Assembly (NCBI GenBank): GCA_005880395.1
Contig: VBHQ01000161.1
Location: 1-58,549, forward strand
Direction of reading: 5' to 3'
Source: Chloroflexota bacterium
GTDB taxonomy: Bacteria > Chloroflexota > Dormibacteria > CF-121
DNA length: 58,549 bases
The notes under the pieces were generated by a model. The model was given only the letters and a program-made list of their open reading frames with translations. It was not told the DNA's origin and ran no database searches. A program made the position numbers and the translations under genes. Position 1 is the first letter of the stretch; every line of letters begins with the position of its first letter. Of this stretch, positions 1 through 14,114 are shown one piece after another.

Positions 1-2
1 GC

Positions 3-200
3 CGCGGCGCGCGTAAAGTCGTGCTCGCCGCACCGGTGGCGCCTCGAGACACGGCCGAGTGGCTGGCCTCCCAGGTTGACGAGCTGATCTGCACGGAGAC
101 GCCCGAGCCGTTCTACGCGGTTGGCAACTTCTTCGAGGAATGGCCACAGGTCACCGACGACGAGGTTCGATCCCTGCTCCTGGCCGGTAACACGTTGTAG
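3..200 (+). CDS. C-terminal fragment of a phosphoribosyltransferase-family protein (5' end outside window)
   Basis: Frame 3 is open from the window edge to TAG 198-200. The translation ...VVLAAPVAPRDTAEWLASQVDELICTETPEPFYAVGNFFEEWPQVTDDEVRSLL resembles the conserved C-terminal end (F-x-AVG ... Q-x-x-D-x-EV) of putative phosphoribosyltransferase proteins. It is absent from the ORF track because it has no start codon. Confidence 0.45.
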   Translation, partial: RGARKVVLAAPVAPRDTAEWLASQVDELICTETPEPFYAVGNFFEEWPQVTDDEVRSLLLAGNTL

Positions 201-250
201 CGGCCTGCTTCAGACGGCAAGGTCGGCCTGCCCGCCCCGGTTACAGCGGT

Positions 251-1756
251 GTGAAGCTTTTCGCCAAAGGCAAAGCTGATGCCGCGCCCAAGGCGCCCGC
301 CTTCAACCCGATCGATCGCGCCAACTTGCTCGGCCTCCTGGACCAGGTTGTCAACACCGGCCAATCCGGCGTTCTCGAGCTTCATGAGCCGCGCGGCAAC
401 TGGATCTACGCCTTCCAGGCCGGCGCGCTCACCCATGCAAGCGGCGGTCGAGTTCGCGGCGCCCGGCAGGCCTTCGACCTCCTCTGGGAGTTCCAAGCCG
501 GGGAGTTCACGTTCACTCCCGGCGTGAATCCGAGCCTCGCCGGCAACCTCTACATCGACAAGAACCGGCTGCTTGATCTGCTGCGGCGCAGCCAGGCCGT
601 TCTCCAGGGCCCGTCCGCGCCATATATCCCGCCGGACCAACAGCGGCCAATTGCCCCGGTGCAGCGGCCATATACGCCGCCCTCGCCGAGCCAGTTGCCC
701 CCGGCCTGGCAACCGGGGATGCAGCAACAGCAGCCGCAAGCGTGGCCTCCGGCGGGCCAGCCAGGCATGCCCCAGGGGCAGCCTGGGATGCCCCCGCCAC
801 AGGGATGGCCGAATGGGTATCCCCAGCAGATGGGCCCCCCGCAGCAGCCCTATCCAGGCGCTCCCGGCCAGCAGCCGTATCCGGGCGCTCCCGGCCAGCA
901 GCCCTATCCGGGCCAGTTCCCGCCTGCTGGGCAACCGCAGCCGCCGCAGGGATACCCACCTGTCCGGGGCAATGTTCGCCCCCAGGGGATGCCGCAGACG
1001 CCGGTCTATCCCAACTACCCGGCGCAGGCTCCCACGCAGCCGCCGGCGATGCACCAACAGAGCATGCCGCAGCAGCCCATGGCGCCCCAGGCGATGCCTT
1101 ACCCGGCGCCAGCCCAGCCGATGCAGCCGCAGCCAATGTCTCCTCAGGCAGCCCCGTTTGCCGCGCAACGGCCGGCTGCCCCGGCCCGTCCGCCGACGCC
1201 GCCGACCTTCAACGTGCCCCCGATGGCCATTCCAAGGAAGACGCAACCGGCTCCGATGTATCAGCCGCCTGCCACGGCTCCGGTCCCAGCGCCGGAGCCG
1301 GCCAAACCTGCTCAAGACGACCTCGCTGCGCTACGGGCGAGTCTGGTGGCCCAGGCACCCGCTGCCAAGGCCGTCCCGTCACCGGGCTGGGCGGTTCGCA
1401 CCGCGGACGGCAGCATCGCCCCGCCGGCTACCGCCGATCCGAAGGGCAAGGGCAAGCCAAAGGGCAAGGACAAGGCCAAGGCCAAGGAGAAAGGCAAGAG
1501 CAAGGGCGACTCCAAGCTGATGACGTCGATCAAGGTCCAGCTGATCAAGTTCCTGCTCTGGGCGTGCGAGCGTCGCTATTCCCCAGACGACCACTGGACG
1601 CTGAAAGACGCCTTCGAGGTCTCCACAATGGAACTGCGCGAACAGTTCTTCGGCGCCTTCTCACAGACGTTCGCCGCGACCAAGAAGAAGCAGCAGGACG
1701 ACGACGAGGACGACATGGCCGCCGGTCGCATGCGGGGCCGCGGCCGCCGGCACTAG
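251..1756 (+). CDS. DUF4388 (PATAN-like) N-terminal domain protein with a long P/Q-rich low-complexity region, a Lys-rich tract and a small ordered C-terminal region
   Basis: 501-aa ORF starting at GTG. The N-terminus ANLLGLLDQVVNTGQSGVLELHEPRGNWIYAFQAGALTHASG...AFDLLWEFQAGEFTFTPG matches the DUF4388 pattern from memory. Residues ~130-340 are almost entirely P/Q/G/M/A. A KGKGKPKGKDKAKAKEKGKSKGD tract follows. The other long ORFs over this interval on both strands read as Arg/Pro/Ala-rich frames typical of high-GC noise. Confidence 0.8.
   Translation: MKLFAKGKADAAPKAPAFNPIDRANLLGLLDQVVNTGQSGVLELHEPRGNWIYAFQAGALTHASGGRVRGARQAFDLLWEFQAGEFTFTPGVNPSLAGNLYIDKNRLLDLLRRSQAVLQGPSAPYIPPDQQRPIAPVQRPYTPPSPSQLPPAWQPGMQQQQPQAWPPAGQPGMPQGQPGMPPPQGWPNGYPQQMGPPQQPYPGAPGQQPYPGAPGQQPYPGQFPPAGQPQPPQGYPPVRGNVRPQGMPQTPVYPNYPAQAPTQPPAMHQQSMPQQPMAPQAMPYPAPAQPMQPQPMSPQAAPFAAQRPAAPARPPTPPTFNVPPMAIPRKTQPAPMYQPPATAPVPAPEPAKPAQDDLAALRASLVAQAPAAKAVPSPGWAVRTADGSIAPPATADPKGKGKPKGKDKAKAKEKGKSKGDSKLMTSIKVQLIKFLLWACERRYSPDDHWTLKDAFEVSTMELREQFFGAFSQTFAATKKKQQDDDEDDMAAGRMRGRGRRH
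842..913 (+). repeat. 27-nt in-frame tandem repeat (about 2.7 copies) encoding QQPYPGAPG
   Basis: cagcagccctatccaggcgctcccggc (842-868) is followed by cagcagccgtatccgggcgctcccggc (869-895) and a partial third copy (896-913). The copies differ at two third-codon positions. Confidence 0.9.
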
Positions 1757-1758
1757 AC

Positions 1759-1796
1759 GGGAGGGCCCCCACCCGGACCCTCCCCCAGATGGGGAG
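1759..1796 (+). terminator. Pair of mutually exclusive GC-rich hairpins just after the stop codon (possible terminator or REP-like element)
   Basis: GGGAGGG (1759-1765) can pair with CCCTCCC (1778-1784). Alternatively CTCCCC (1780-1785) can pair with GGGGAG (1791-1796). There is no U-tract, so intrinsic termination is uncertain. Confidence 0.35.
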
Positions 1797-1825
1797 GAGA
1801 GACCACGGGCTGGGTAGACTTTCGG

Positions 1826-6096
<4,271 letters not shown>

Positions 6097-6130
6097 CTCC
6101 CATCCGGATCTGCGGGACCGTGAGGAAAGC

Positions 6131-6173
6131 GGGTAGTTCCCCTCCCCCTCTGGGGTAGGGTCAGGGTGGGGGA
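6131..6173 (+). repeat. C-tract / G-tract intergenic element with a canonical G-quadruplex motif
   Basis: GGGTAGTTCCCCTCC (6131-6145) repeats GGGTAGCTCCCATCC (6091-6105) with two mismatches. CCCCTCCCCC (6139-6148) is followed by GGGGTAGGGTCAGGGTGGGGG (6152-6172), which is four G3+ runs with 1-3 nt loops. The C-tract can also pair imperfectly with the last G-runs. Confidence 0.6.
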
Positions 6174-6262
6174 TAACGCCGAGTAACGGGTATCACAAGC
6201 TGTAACGGATTGGCGACAGCGACTTAACTTTTCTTTCCCGTCGGGCGACGCATATTGCGCGC

Positions 6263-9200
6263 ATGGCCCTTCCGCCGCGCGCGCTGCTGGTAGCGCTGAC
6301 CGGGGGCGCCTTGACCGTGATCGCGGTGCTGGGTGGCATCTTGCCCCGATCGACCGTGCCGCTGGCCTGGTATGTCCCGGCGATCGACAGCGTGATCGCC
6401 GCGACGCTGCTCTTCGTCCTGGTCCTCGCCGCCTCCGACGTAGTCGTGCGCCGCCATGCGCGGCTCTTGCCGGTCGCGGTCAGCAGCTTGGCGCTTGCCC
6501 TGGTCTGGCTGGCTCACGGCCTGACCTTTCCCGGCGTCTTGCCCATCAGTCTGGCGCTCACGATAACCCTGGGTGGCACCTCCCTGGCCATCGTGGCGGT
6601 CGCCGTGGTAGCGCCGGTCCTTCCGGCGATGACCGAAGCGGGCCGTTTCACCCTGCTGAATACCTCCGTGCAGGTGATGCCACTGCTGGTCGTCGGAATC
6701 GCCGCCGCGATTTATCGCCGAGGACGGAACCCCGACCGTCGGGTGGAGACCGCCGTCATCACCGGGCTGGTGCTCGTCACGATCGAGGCGATGACGTTCA
6801 TGTTCATGCGCCGCGAGTATGACGGCTACTGGTACCTGGGCCACGGGTTGCTGGTGCTTCCCTACGCGGCGCTCTTCGTCGGGGCGCTCCGACTGCTCAT
6901 CGCCGCGCGGCGCGAGGCGGAGGTGCAGCTCCGGATCGTGCAGACGCTGCGAGAGTCACAGGGCCGGCTGCAGGTCATCATCGATACCTCGCCGAGCGCC
7001 GTGATCACCGCCGACGAGCAGGGGATCATCACCGGCTGGAATCGCAAGGCCGAAATCATGTTCGGCTGGTCCCATGATGAGGCGGTCGGTCGCACGCTGA
7101 GCGGGACCATCATTCCGCCTCGATATCGTGATTCACATCAACGAAGCCTGGCGCGCTTCAACGAAACGGGCCAGGGGCGGATCATTGGTCGTACGGTCGA
7201 GCTCGCTGCGCTCCACCGCGACGGACGCGAATTTCCTGCCGAGCTGTCGGTTTCAGCCACGTCGCGAAGCGGCCCTCACGTTTCGTTCGTGGCTTTCATC
7301 AGCGATATCAGTCAGCGACGGATGGCCGAGCGGATCAGGACGGTGCAGTTCGCCGTAACCCGGCCGCTTGCAACGGCCGCCAGCTGGCAGGAGGCGGCGC
7401 CCCAGGTGCTGCAAGGGATCTGTGAAACGCTCGGCTGGGTGGCCGCCGAGTGCTGGGCCGTCGACGCGGCTGACCGAACGCTGCAATGGCAGTTCGGTTG
7501 GTATCGCCCGACCAAGGAGCTGAGCGTGTTCGACGCTGCCAGCCGCGAACAAACCTTTGCGCGAGGCGTCGGGTTGCTCGGACGGGTGTGGGCAACCGGT
7601 AAGCCGGCGACGATGCAGGAAACGGCCGACGAGAAGTCGCCGCGGGCGGCGATTGCCGCGAGGGCCGGCCTCCATGGTCAATTTGCGTTTCCCGTGACCA
7701 ATGGCCAGAAAGTGACCGGCGTGATCGCCCTGCTCAATCAGCACCGCCAGTCGCTCGACCGCGCGACCCTGCGGGTGATGGCCGATATCGGCAGCCAGAT
7801 CGGTCATTTCATCGAGCGCCGCCGTGCCGAGGATGAGCTGCGCCGCAGTGGCGAGCGTATCCGTGCGATTCTGGACAACGTCGCCGATGGCATCATCACC
7901 GTCGACGAGCGCCTCGTGGTCCGCTCCTATAACCCGGCGGCAGAGCGACTGTTCGGGTATGGACCGGACGAGGTGATCGGCAAGGACTTCGTGCGTCTGA
8001 TCGCCGAACCCTACCGCGGCGAGATGAAGCCCCAGCTACGAAGCTACCTGCATTCGACGCAACCGGACGTTGTGGTAGGCAGACACGAAGGCTTTGGGCG
8101 GCACAAGGACGGGAGCGAGTTCCCGCTCGAGTTCAACGTCAGCCGGCTCGGCCCCCAGCGCCTGGTCATCGGCAGTCTGCGCGATGTATCGGAGCGAAGG
8201 GCCGAAACCGAGGCGCTTCAATACCAGGCGCTCCATGACCCGCTGACCGGCCTGCCGAACCGGACCCTTCTCGGGGAACGCCTCCAGGAGACGCTGCGAG
8301 CGGGCGAGCGCGAGATCAAGCCGTCCGCGTTGCTCCTGCTCGACCTCGATGGCTTCAAGAGCGTCAACGACTCGCTGGGTCATGAAGCTGGGGATCGGTT
8401 GCTGCAGCAGGTGAGCCAGCGCTTGCGTGGCGTCTTGCGGAAGGCAGACACGGTCGGTCGATACGGGGGAGATGAGTTTGCGGTCGTCCCCTGGGGCGCC
8501 ACCGACGTCACGCGAGCCGTGTTGATCGCGGAAAAGATTCTGCAGGTGATGAACAAGCCGTTCACCATCGATGACCAGCCCGTCGACGTCAGTCTGAGTA
8601 TCGGCATCGCCGTGTTCCCGCAGCACGCCGAAGACGCCGATGCCTTGATGCGGCGGGCCGACGTCGCGATGTATGCGGCCAAGCGAGCGCAGAGCGGGTT
8701 CAGTGTGTACTCAGCGGATCAGGATGGCGGCGAGCAGGGGGACAAGATCCCCTTGATCGGCAAACTGCGCTATGCGATCGACCAGTTTGAGCTGCTGCTC
8801 CACTATCAGCCGATCGTGTCGGCGAGCGACGGGCGGCCGGCGAAGGTCGAGGCGCTCGTCCGCTGGGGACATCCGAGCCACGGGCTGCTGCCCCCGAATG
8901 ACTTCATTCCCTCGGCCGAGCAGACGAACCTGATCAAGCCGCTGACCGCCTGGGTACTGAACGAGGCGATCGGCCAGGCGCACGCCTGGGCCAAGGCCGG
9001 CATCGACATCGGGATCTCGGTCAACCTGTCGGCCCGCAACCTGCTCGATGACGAGCTTCCGGATGCTGTCGCGCAGCTCTTGCGGACGTGGCAGGTGCTC
9101 CCCGAGAAGCTCAGCCTTGAAATCACCGAGAGCATCCTGATTGCAACGGAGGCCGAGGCGACGCTGCAGCGCCTGCGCGAGATCGGCGTCCAGATTTCGG

Positions 9201-9538
9201 TCGACGACTTCGGCACCGGGTATTCGTCGCTGGCGTATTTGAAACGGCTTCCGGTGCACGAGATCAAGATCGACCGGACTTTCGTCCAGGACATGGCCAC
9301 GAACTGGGACGGCGCCGCGATCGTCCGTTCAACGATCGATCTCGGTCACAGTCTCGGTCTGAAGGTGGTCGCTGAAGGCGTCGAGGATGAGCGCACCGCC
9401 GAGTTGTTGCGCGAATACGGGTGCGACTACATCCAGGGGTTTCACATCAGCCGTCCGGCATCCGCGGGTCCCCTGGGACCCTGGCTGCGAACGCGATTCG
9501 GGCTCAACGGCGTCGTCCAGGGATCGTTGACCGCCTGA
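6263..9538 (+). CDS. Membrane-anchored PAS-GAF-PAS-GGDEF-EAL signalling protein (c-di-GMP cyclase/phosphodiesterase)
   Basis: 1091 aa. The hydrophobic N-terminal ~200 aa contain several predicted TM helices. PAS-like segments (IIDTSPSAVITADEQGIITGWN; ILDNVADGIITVDE) flank a GAF-like segment. GGDEF motif RYGGDEFAVV, and EAL motifs EALVRW, EITES and DDFGTGYSSLAYL, are all intact. Confidence 0.9.
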   Translation: MALPPRALLVALTGGALTVIAVLGGILPRSTVPLAWYVPAIDSVIAATLLFVLVLAASDVVVRRHARLLPVAVSSLALALVWLAHGLTFPGVLPISLALTITLGGTSLAIVAVAVVAPVLPAMTEAGRFTLLNTSVQVMPLLVVGIAAAIYRRGRNPDRRVETAVITGLVLVTIEAMTFMFMRREYDGYWYLGHGLLVLPYAALFVGALRLLIAARREAEVQLRIVQTLRESQGRLQVIIDTSPSAVITADEQGIITGWNRKAEIMFGWSHDEAVGRTLSGTIIPPRYRDSHQRSLARFNETGQGRIIGRTVELAALHRDGREFPAELSVSATSRSGPHVSFVAFISDISQRRMAERIRTVQFAVTRPLATAASWQEAAPQVLQGICETLGWVAAECWAVDAADRTLQWQFGWYRPTKELSVFDAASREQTFARGVGLLGRVWATGKPATMQETADEKSPRAAIAARAGLHGQFAFPVTNGQKVTGVIALLNQHRQSLDRATLRVMADIGSQIGHFIERRRAEDELRRSGERIRAILDNVADGIITVDERLVVRSYNPAAERLFGYGPDEVIGKDFVRLIAEPYRGEMKPQLRSYLHSTQPDVVVGRHEGFGRHKDGSEFPLEFNVSRLGPQRLVIGSLRDVSERRAETEALQYQALHDPLTGLPNRTLLGERLQETLRAGEREIKPSALLLLDLDGFKSVNDSLGHEAGDRLLQQVSQRLRGVLRKADTVGRYGGDEFAVVPWGATDVTRAVLIAEKILQVMNKPFTIDDQPVDVSLSIGIAVFPQHAEDADALMRRADVAMYAAKRAQSGFSVYSADQDGGEQGDKIPLIGKLRYAIDQFELLLHYQPIVSASDGRPAKVEALVRWGHPSHGLLPPNDFIPSAEQTNLIKPLTAWVLNEAIGQAHAWAKAGIDIGISVNLSARNLLDDELPDAVAQLLRTWQVLPEKLSLEITESILIATEAEATLQRLREIGVQISVDDFGTGYSSLAYLKRLPVHEIKIDRTFVQDMATNWDGAAIVRSTIDLGHSLGLKVVAEGVEDERTAELLREYGCDYIQGFHISRPASAGPLGPWLRTRFGLNGVVQGSLTA

Positions 9539-9560
9539 TTGCTTCGATAAGCTATAGGCC

Positions 9561-9863
9561 TTGCCCGAGCCAAACGCTGAGCTTTCGTCTCGCCAGGTCG
9601 AACATGTCGCGCGACTCGCGCGGTTGGGGATTACGCCGGATGAGGTCGATCGCTACCGGGATCAGCTGCGCAAGATCCTCCACCACATCGAGGCGCTGAA
9701 CCGCGCCGATACGACGACCGTCCCGGCGACGGCACACCCGCTCGAAGAGCGAAACGTGATGCGCGACGATGTCCGCGAGGCCTGCCTGCCGGTGGAAGCG
9801 GCGCTGGAGAACGCGCCCAGCCGGGAGGACTCGTACTTCAAGGTCAAAGCGATCCAGGAATGA
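9561..9863 (+). CDS. gatC: Asp/Glu-tRNA amidotransferase subunit C
   Basis: 100 aa with a TTG start. The sequence LSSRQVEHVARLARLGITPDEVDRYRDQLRKILHHIEAL...FKV is GatC-like. Its stop overlaps the gatA start (ATGA). Confidence 0.85.
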   Translation: MPEPNAELSSRQVEHVARLARLGITPDEVDRYRDQLRKILHHIEALNRADTTTVPATAHPLEERNVMRDDVREACLPVEAALENAPSREDSYFKVKAIQE

Positions 9864-11332
9864 GGCTCTTCCAGCGCACGATTCACGATCTGCATCAAAT
9901 GCTGGTCGATCGAGAGATCTCGTCCGCTGAGCTCACCGAGTCGGTCCTGGCCCAGATCGAGGCCGTGGGCGAAAAGACCAGGGCCTACCTGCTGGTCACC
10001 CGCGACCTGGCGCTGCGCCAGGCGAAGGCAGCCGATGAGCGATTGAAGCGCAAGCGGGACGTCGCGCCGTTGACCGGCATCCCGATTGCGCTGAAGGACG
10101 TGCTCTGTGTCAAAGACGTCACCTCGACCGCCGGCTCGAAAATCCTGAAGGGATTTCTCCCGCCGTACAGTGCGACCGTCGTCGAGCGCCTGGAGGCGGA
10201 TGGCGCCGTGTTCCTCGGCAAAACCAACTGCGACGAGTTCGCGATGGGCTCGTCCAACGAGAACTCCGGCTACTGGCCGGTTCACAATCCCTGGGCGCTC
10301 GATCGGGTACCCGGCGGCTCGAGCGGCGGCTCCGCGGCCGCCGTCGCATCCGGCGAAGCGATCGCTGCCCTGGGAAGTGACACGGGTGGCTCGATCCGGC
10401 AGCCGGCGGCGCTGACCGGAATCGTCGGCATGAAACCGACCTACGGCCGCGTCAGCCGCTATGGCCTGATCGCCTTCGCGTCATCGCTGGACCAGATCGG
10501 CCCGATGACCCGCGACGTCGTCGATTGCGCGGTGCTGTTGCAGGCCGTCGCCGGCCACGACCGGCGTGACTCCACCAGTTCGCAGCGGCCGGTGCCCGAT
10601 TATCTGGCCACGCTGCGAAACGGCGTGAAAGGCATGAAGCTTGGCGTCCCGAAGGAGTACTTCGTCGCCGGCATGGAACCGGCGGTCGAGCAATCGATCC
10701 GCGACGCGATTGGCCTGTTCGAGCAGCAAGGCGCATCGATCGAGGAAGTCAGCCTGCCGCACAGCGATGTCGCGCTGCCCGCGTACTACATCATCGCGCC
10801 GGCAGAGGCCAGCTCGAACCTGGCGCGCTATGACGGCACGCGCTACGGCTTCCAGGCCGGCAGCGGGCGGAACTTGATCGACGAATACATGCAGACCCGC
10901 GAGGAGGGTTTTGGCGCCGAGGTGAAGCGTCGCATCATGCTCGGCACGTACGCGCTGAGCGCCGGCTACTACGACGCCTATTACCTGCAGGCTCAGAAAG
11001 TTCGCACCCTGATCATCGAGGATTTCAAGCGGGCGTTCACCAGGGTCGACGCGCTGCTGGGCGCCACCTCGCCGACGGTCGCCTTTCCGCTCGGCGCCAA
11101 AACCCAGGATCCGGTCGCCATGTACCTCAACGACATCATCACGATTCCCGCCAACCTGGGGAATGTCTGCGGCGTCTCGGTTCCCTGCGGGTTAGTGGAC
11201 GGTTTGCCCATCGGCCTGCAAATCATCGCGCCCGGCTTTCGCGAGGAGGTCGCGCTTCGCGTCGCGTACGCGTTCGAGGCGGCAACGGAGTTCCACAAGG
11301 CGCAATCCCCCCTGTTGGGCGCCGCGGCATGA
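9860..11332 (+). CDS. gatA: Asp/Glu-tRNA amidotransferase subunit A (amidase signature enzyme)
   Basis: 490 aa with the amidase signature [16 protein letters not shown]...[13 protein letters not shown] and the typical N-terminus with [10 protein letters not shown]. Confidence 0.95.
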   Translation: MRLFQRTIHDLHQMLVDREISSAELTESVLAQIEAVGEKTRAYLLVTRDLALRQAKAADERLKRKRDVAPLTGIPIALKDVLCVKDVTSTAGSKILKGFLPPYSATVVERLEADGAVFLGKTNCDEFAMGSSNENSGYWPVHNPWALDRVPGGSSGGSAAAVASGEAIAALGSDTGGSIRQPAALTGIVGMKPTYGRVSRYGLIAFASSLDQIGPMTRDVVDCAVLLQAVAGHDRRDSTSSQRPVPDYLATLRNGVKGMKLGVPKEYFVAGMEPAVEQSIRDAIGLFEQQGASIEEVSLPHSDVALPAYYIIAPAEASSNLARYDGTRYGFQAGSGRNLIDEYMQTREEGFGAEVKRRIMLGTYALSAGYYDAYYLQAQKVRTLIIEDFKRAFTRVDALLGATSPTVAFPLGAKTQDPVAMYLNDIITIPANLGNVCGVSVPCGLVDGLPIGLQIIAPGFREEVALRVAYAFEAATEFHKAQSPLLGAAA

Positions 11333-12792
11333 GCGCAATTGCGACGCGGTATGAAGTCGTCGTGGGGCTCGAGGTCCATGCGCAGATCCTGACCGAGAGC
11401 AAGATGTTCTGTGGCTGCTCGACGGACTACCTCATCGCGCCGCCGAATGCGAACACCTGCCCGGTCTGCCTGGGGCTTCCCGGATCGCTGCCGGTGATCA
11501 ATCGCAAAGCCGTCGAGGCGACCATTCGCACCGCGCTCGCGCTCAACTGCGAGATCCCCGAATTTTCGAAATTCGACCGCAAGAATTATTTCTATCCCGA
11601 CCTGCCCAAGGGCTACCAGATCTCGCAATACGATCTGCCGTTTAGCCGCCGCGGATATCTCGAGTTCGACATCAAGGGCGAGACCCGACGTTGCGGCATC
11701 ACGCGCGTCCACCTCGAGGAAGACACCGGCAAGCTGCTGCACGCCGGAACGATCGACGAGGCGCAGTCCTCACTTGTCAATTTCAATCGCGCCGGCGTCC
11801 CGTTGATGGAGATCGTCTCGGAGCCAGACATGCGCAGTGCGGACGAGGCGCGTGAATACGTCATGCGGCTACGGGCGATCCTGCAGTACATCGGCGTCAA
11901 CAATGGCGACATGGAATCCGGTCAATTGCGCTGTGATGCGAACGTCTCGCTGCGGCCAGAAGGCGCAACCGAGTACGGGACGAAGGTCGAGGTCAAGAAC
12001 ATGAACTCCTTCCGGGGAATTCATCGGGCCATCCAGTACGAGATCGAGCGCCAGAGCCAGGTGCTGGATACGGGCGGGAAGCTGGTGCAGGAAACACGCG
12101 GCTGGAACGACGCCCGCGGGCTGACCGTGTCCCAGCGCACGAAGGAGTTCGCCGAGGACTATCGCTACTTCCCGGAGCCGGATCTGCCACCGCTTGACGT
12201 GAGCCGGGAGTGGGTCGACGAAATTCGTGCCACGCTGCCCGAACTGCCGGCCGCGCGGCGCGATCGCTTCATCCACGCCTACGGGTTGAGTCCCTATGAC
12301 GCCTCGCTGCTGACCTCGGCCCGACCGATGGCGGAGTACCTCGAGGACAGCGTGCGCCGCGGCGCACCGGCCAAAACCGCCGCGAACTGGATCCTGGGCG
12401 ATTTCAGCCGGTTGCTCAACGCCGACCACAAGGAGATCCAGGATTCCGCGATCGAACCGGAGCACCTGGCCCAACTTATCCAGCTCGTCGACTCGGGTGC
12501 GATCAGCGGGAAGATGGCGAAGCAGATCTTCGAAGAGATGTATCGGGCCGCTGATCCTGGGCCTGCGCTCGAGCAGGCCAAAGGCTCGTCGCAGATCAGT
12601 GGCGACGCGGAGCTCGAGCGGATCGCTAATCAAGTCATCGCCGAGAACGAGAAATCGGTCATGGACTTCAAAGCCGGGAAAGAACAAGCCCTCAGATTCT
12701 TGATCGGCCAGGGGATGAAAATCTCCAAGGGCCGGGCGAATCCAGGTCGGCTGCAAGAGGTGCTTGCATCGAAACTCGTAAATCCCAGGTGA
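11329..12792 (+). CDS. gatB: Asp/Glu-tRNA amidotransferase subunit B
   Basis: 487 aa. [38 protein letters not shown] and [10 protein letters not shown] are GatB motifs. The C-terminal YqeY-like tail is present. Confidence 0.95.
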   Translation: MSAIATRYEVVVGLEVHAQILTESKMFCGCSTDYLIAPPNANTCPVCLGLPGSLPVINRKAVEATIRTALALNCEIPEFSKFDRKNYFYPDLPKGYQISQYDLPFSRRGYLEFDIKGETRRCGITRVHLEEDTGKLLHAGTIDEAQSSLVNFNRAGVPLMEIVSEPDMRSADEAREYVMRLRAILQYIGVNNGDMESGQLRCDANVSLRPEGATEYGTKVEVKNMNSFRGIHRAIQYEIERQSQVLDTGGKLVQETRGWNDARGLTVSQRTKEFAEDYRYFPEPDLPPLDVSREWVDEIRATLPELPAARRDRFIHAYGLSPYDASLLTSARPMAEYLEDSVRRGAPAKTAANWILGDFSRLLNADHKEIQDSAIEPEHLAQLIQLVDSGAISGKMAKQIFEEMYRAADPGPALEQAKGSSQISGDAELERIANQVIAENEKSVMDFKAGKEQALRFLIGQGMKISKGRANPGRLQEVLASKLVNPR

Positions 12793-14114
12793 CCGCATCT
12801 ATTAGTCTTCCACGCACCTTCGGCGTAGAACCACATCCACGCGCGCTGATCATGGGTTTCGACGAGGCTATTACCGGAAGGCTTCAGCGCCTATTCCCGA
12901 CATCTCGGGTTATAGACAACGTTCACGAAGTTCAGCCGCTCGAGTGGGATCTTCTTGTGACGCACAAGGACCCAGTTAATATTCCCGATCACTTATTCGT
13001 CGTGGCCGTGGCTGAGGACGCTACTCCGCGCTTTGGCTTTGCCGAAAAGAAGTTGCGGACAGGGTTGACCGTCAGCGTCGACTATGACGGCGTCTCGCGT
13101 GCCTCGGAGTTCACTATTCCCGGTGGTCTAACCCACCGCATTGATCAATTGGTTGAGCAACAGCTGCTGCCGGTTGCACGGATGTTGCAATGGAACCTGA
13201 CGCTGCGCCCGACGTTTGTCCTGCGCCCGTTCCTCGTAACCAGCGACGGAGGCGTCCTCGCCGGATCCTTTGTTCGGCTGGGCGGAAAAGCTGAGTGCTG
13301 GTGCCTACCAAGCTATGTGGACGGGCCGGAAGACTGGGTTGCTGCTGCCTTGGACGTCTGGCATGAGCAAGACGCGGTCCGGTTTCCGAAGCGAGATTGG
13401 CTGCGAGCTAATGAATGGATGACGTCCACCGAGAGGCTTCTGGGTGAGCGACTCGAAGCTCTGGAAAGCGAGCGGGGTGACCTCCTGGCTGCCTTAGCCA
13501 AGGAGGAACAACAAATTATTGTTGCCCTACAAGCCGCGCGGCAAGAGGCTGACGCCACTCATCGGACGCTGTTAACAGGACAGGGCAACGAATTGGTCAA
13601 GGCAGTATCCTCAGCGCTTTCAGCTTGTGGATTTCAAATAGTAGATATGGACCAAATCTGGCCTCAGAACAACCGCCGCGAAGACTTGCGAGCGACGGTC
13701 AAGGGCGACAGGGGCTGGACTGCCATAATCGAGGTCCGCGGCTACGAAAAAGGCGCGGCTCTGAACGACCTTGTTCGGCTGCATGGCCGATTTCGGACGA
13801 TGTTTCTGCAGGAGACTGGTCGGCTTCCGATTCGCTCGTGGTATGTCGTAAATCAATTCATCCGACAGCCACCCCGGGAGCGTCCGGCGGCACTTGCATC
13901 TCAAGCGCGAGAGCTTGACGCATACGCGGAAGACGGTGTCCTTGTCATTGACACAGTGGAGCTCTTAAAGCTGCGAGGCGCCGTGGAAACGGGCATTATC
14001 ACGGCCGAAGCTGCGCGAGATCTATTAAAGGAGCAGACGGGCCGACTCGAACTTCAGCGTGAAACGGCGCGGCACGCAAGCGGCGTGGGATCACGAGAGA
14101 AGACATCGTCGTGA
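12789..14114 (+). CDS. Hypothetical protein of foreign composition: unknown N-domain, coiled coil, nuclease-like C-terminal module
   Basis: 441-aa ORF. Its GTG overlaps the gatB stop (GTGA) and its stop overlaps the next gene's GTG (GTGA). G+C is lower than the flanks: hand counts give 30/60, 31/60 and 29/60 for lines 12901, 13561 and 13621, against 44/60 for lines 12301 and 14161. Many codons end in A or T. Residues ~213-258 are heptad-like ([41 protein letters not shown]). Residues ~262-395 read [28 protein letters not shown]...[26 protein letters not shown]...VVNQF, which resembles a restriction-endonuclease-like core. Confidence 0.8.
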   Translation: MTASISLPRTFGVEPHPRALIMGFDEAITGRLQRLFPTSRVIDNVHEVQPLEWDLLVTHKDPVNIPDHLFVVAVAEDATPRFGFAEKKLRTGLTVSVDYDGVSRASEFTIPGGLTHRIDQLVEQQLLPVARMLQWNLTLRPTFVLRPFLVTSDGGVLAGSFVRLGGKAECWCLPSYVDGPEDWVAAALDVWHEQDAVRFPKRDWLRANEWMTSTERLLGERLEALESERGDLLAALAKEEQQIIVALQAARQEADATHRTLLTGQGNELVKAVSSALSACGFQIVDMDQIWPQNNRREDLRATVKGDRGWTAIIEVRGYEKGAALNDLVRLHGRFRTMFLQETGRLPIRSWYVVNQFIRQPPRERPAALASQARELDAYAEDGVLVIDTVELLKLRGAVETGIITAEAARDLLKEQTGRLELQRETARHASGVGSREKTSS

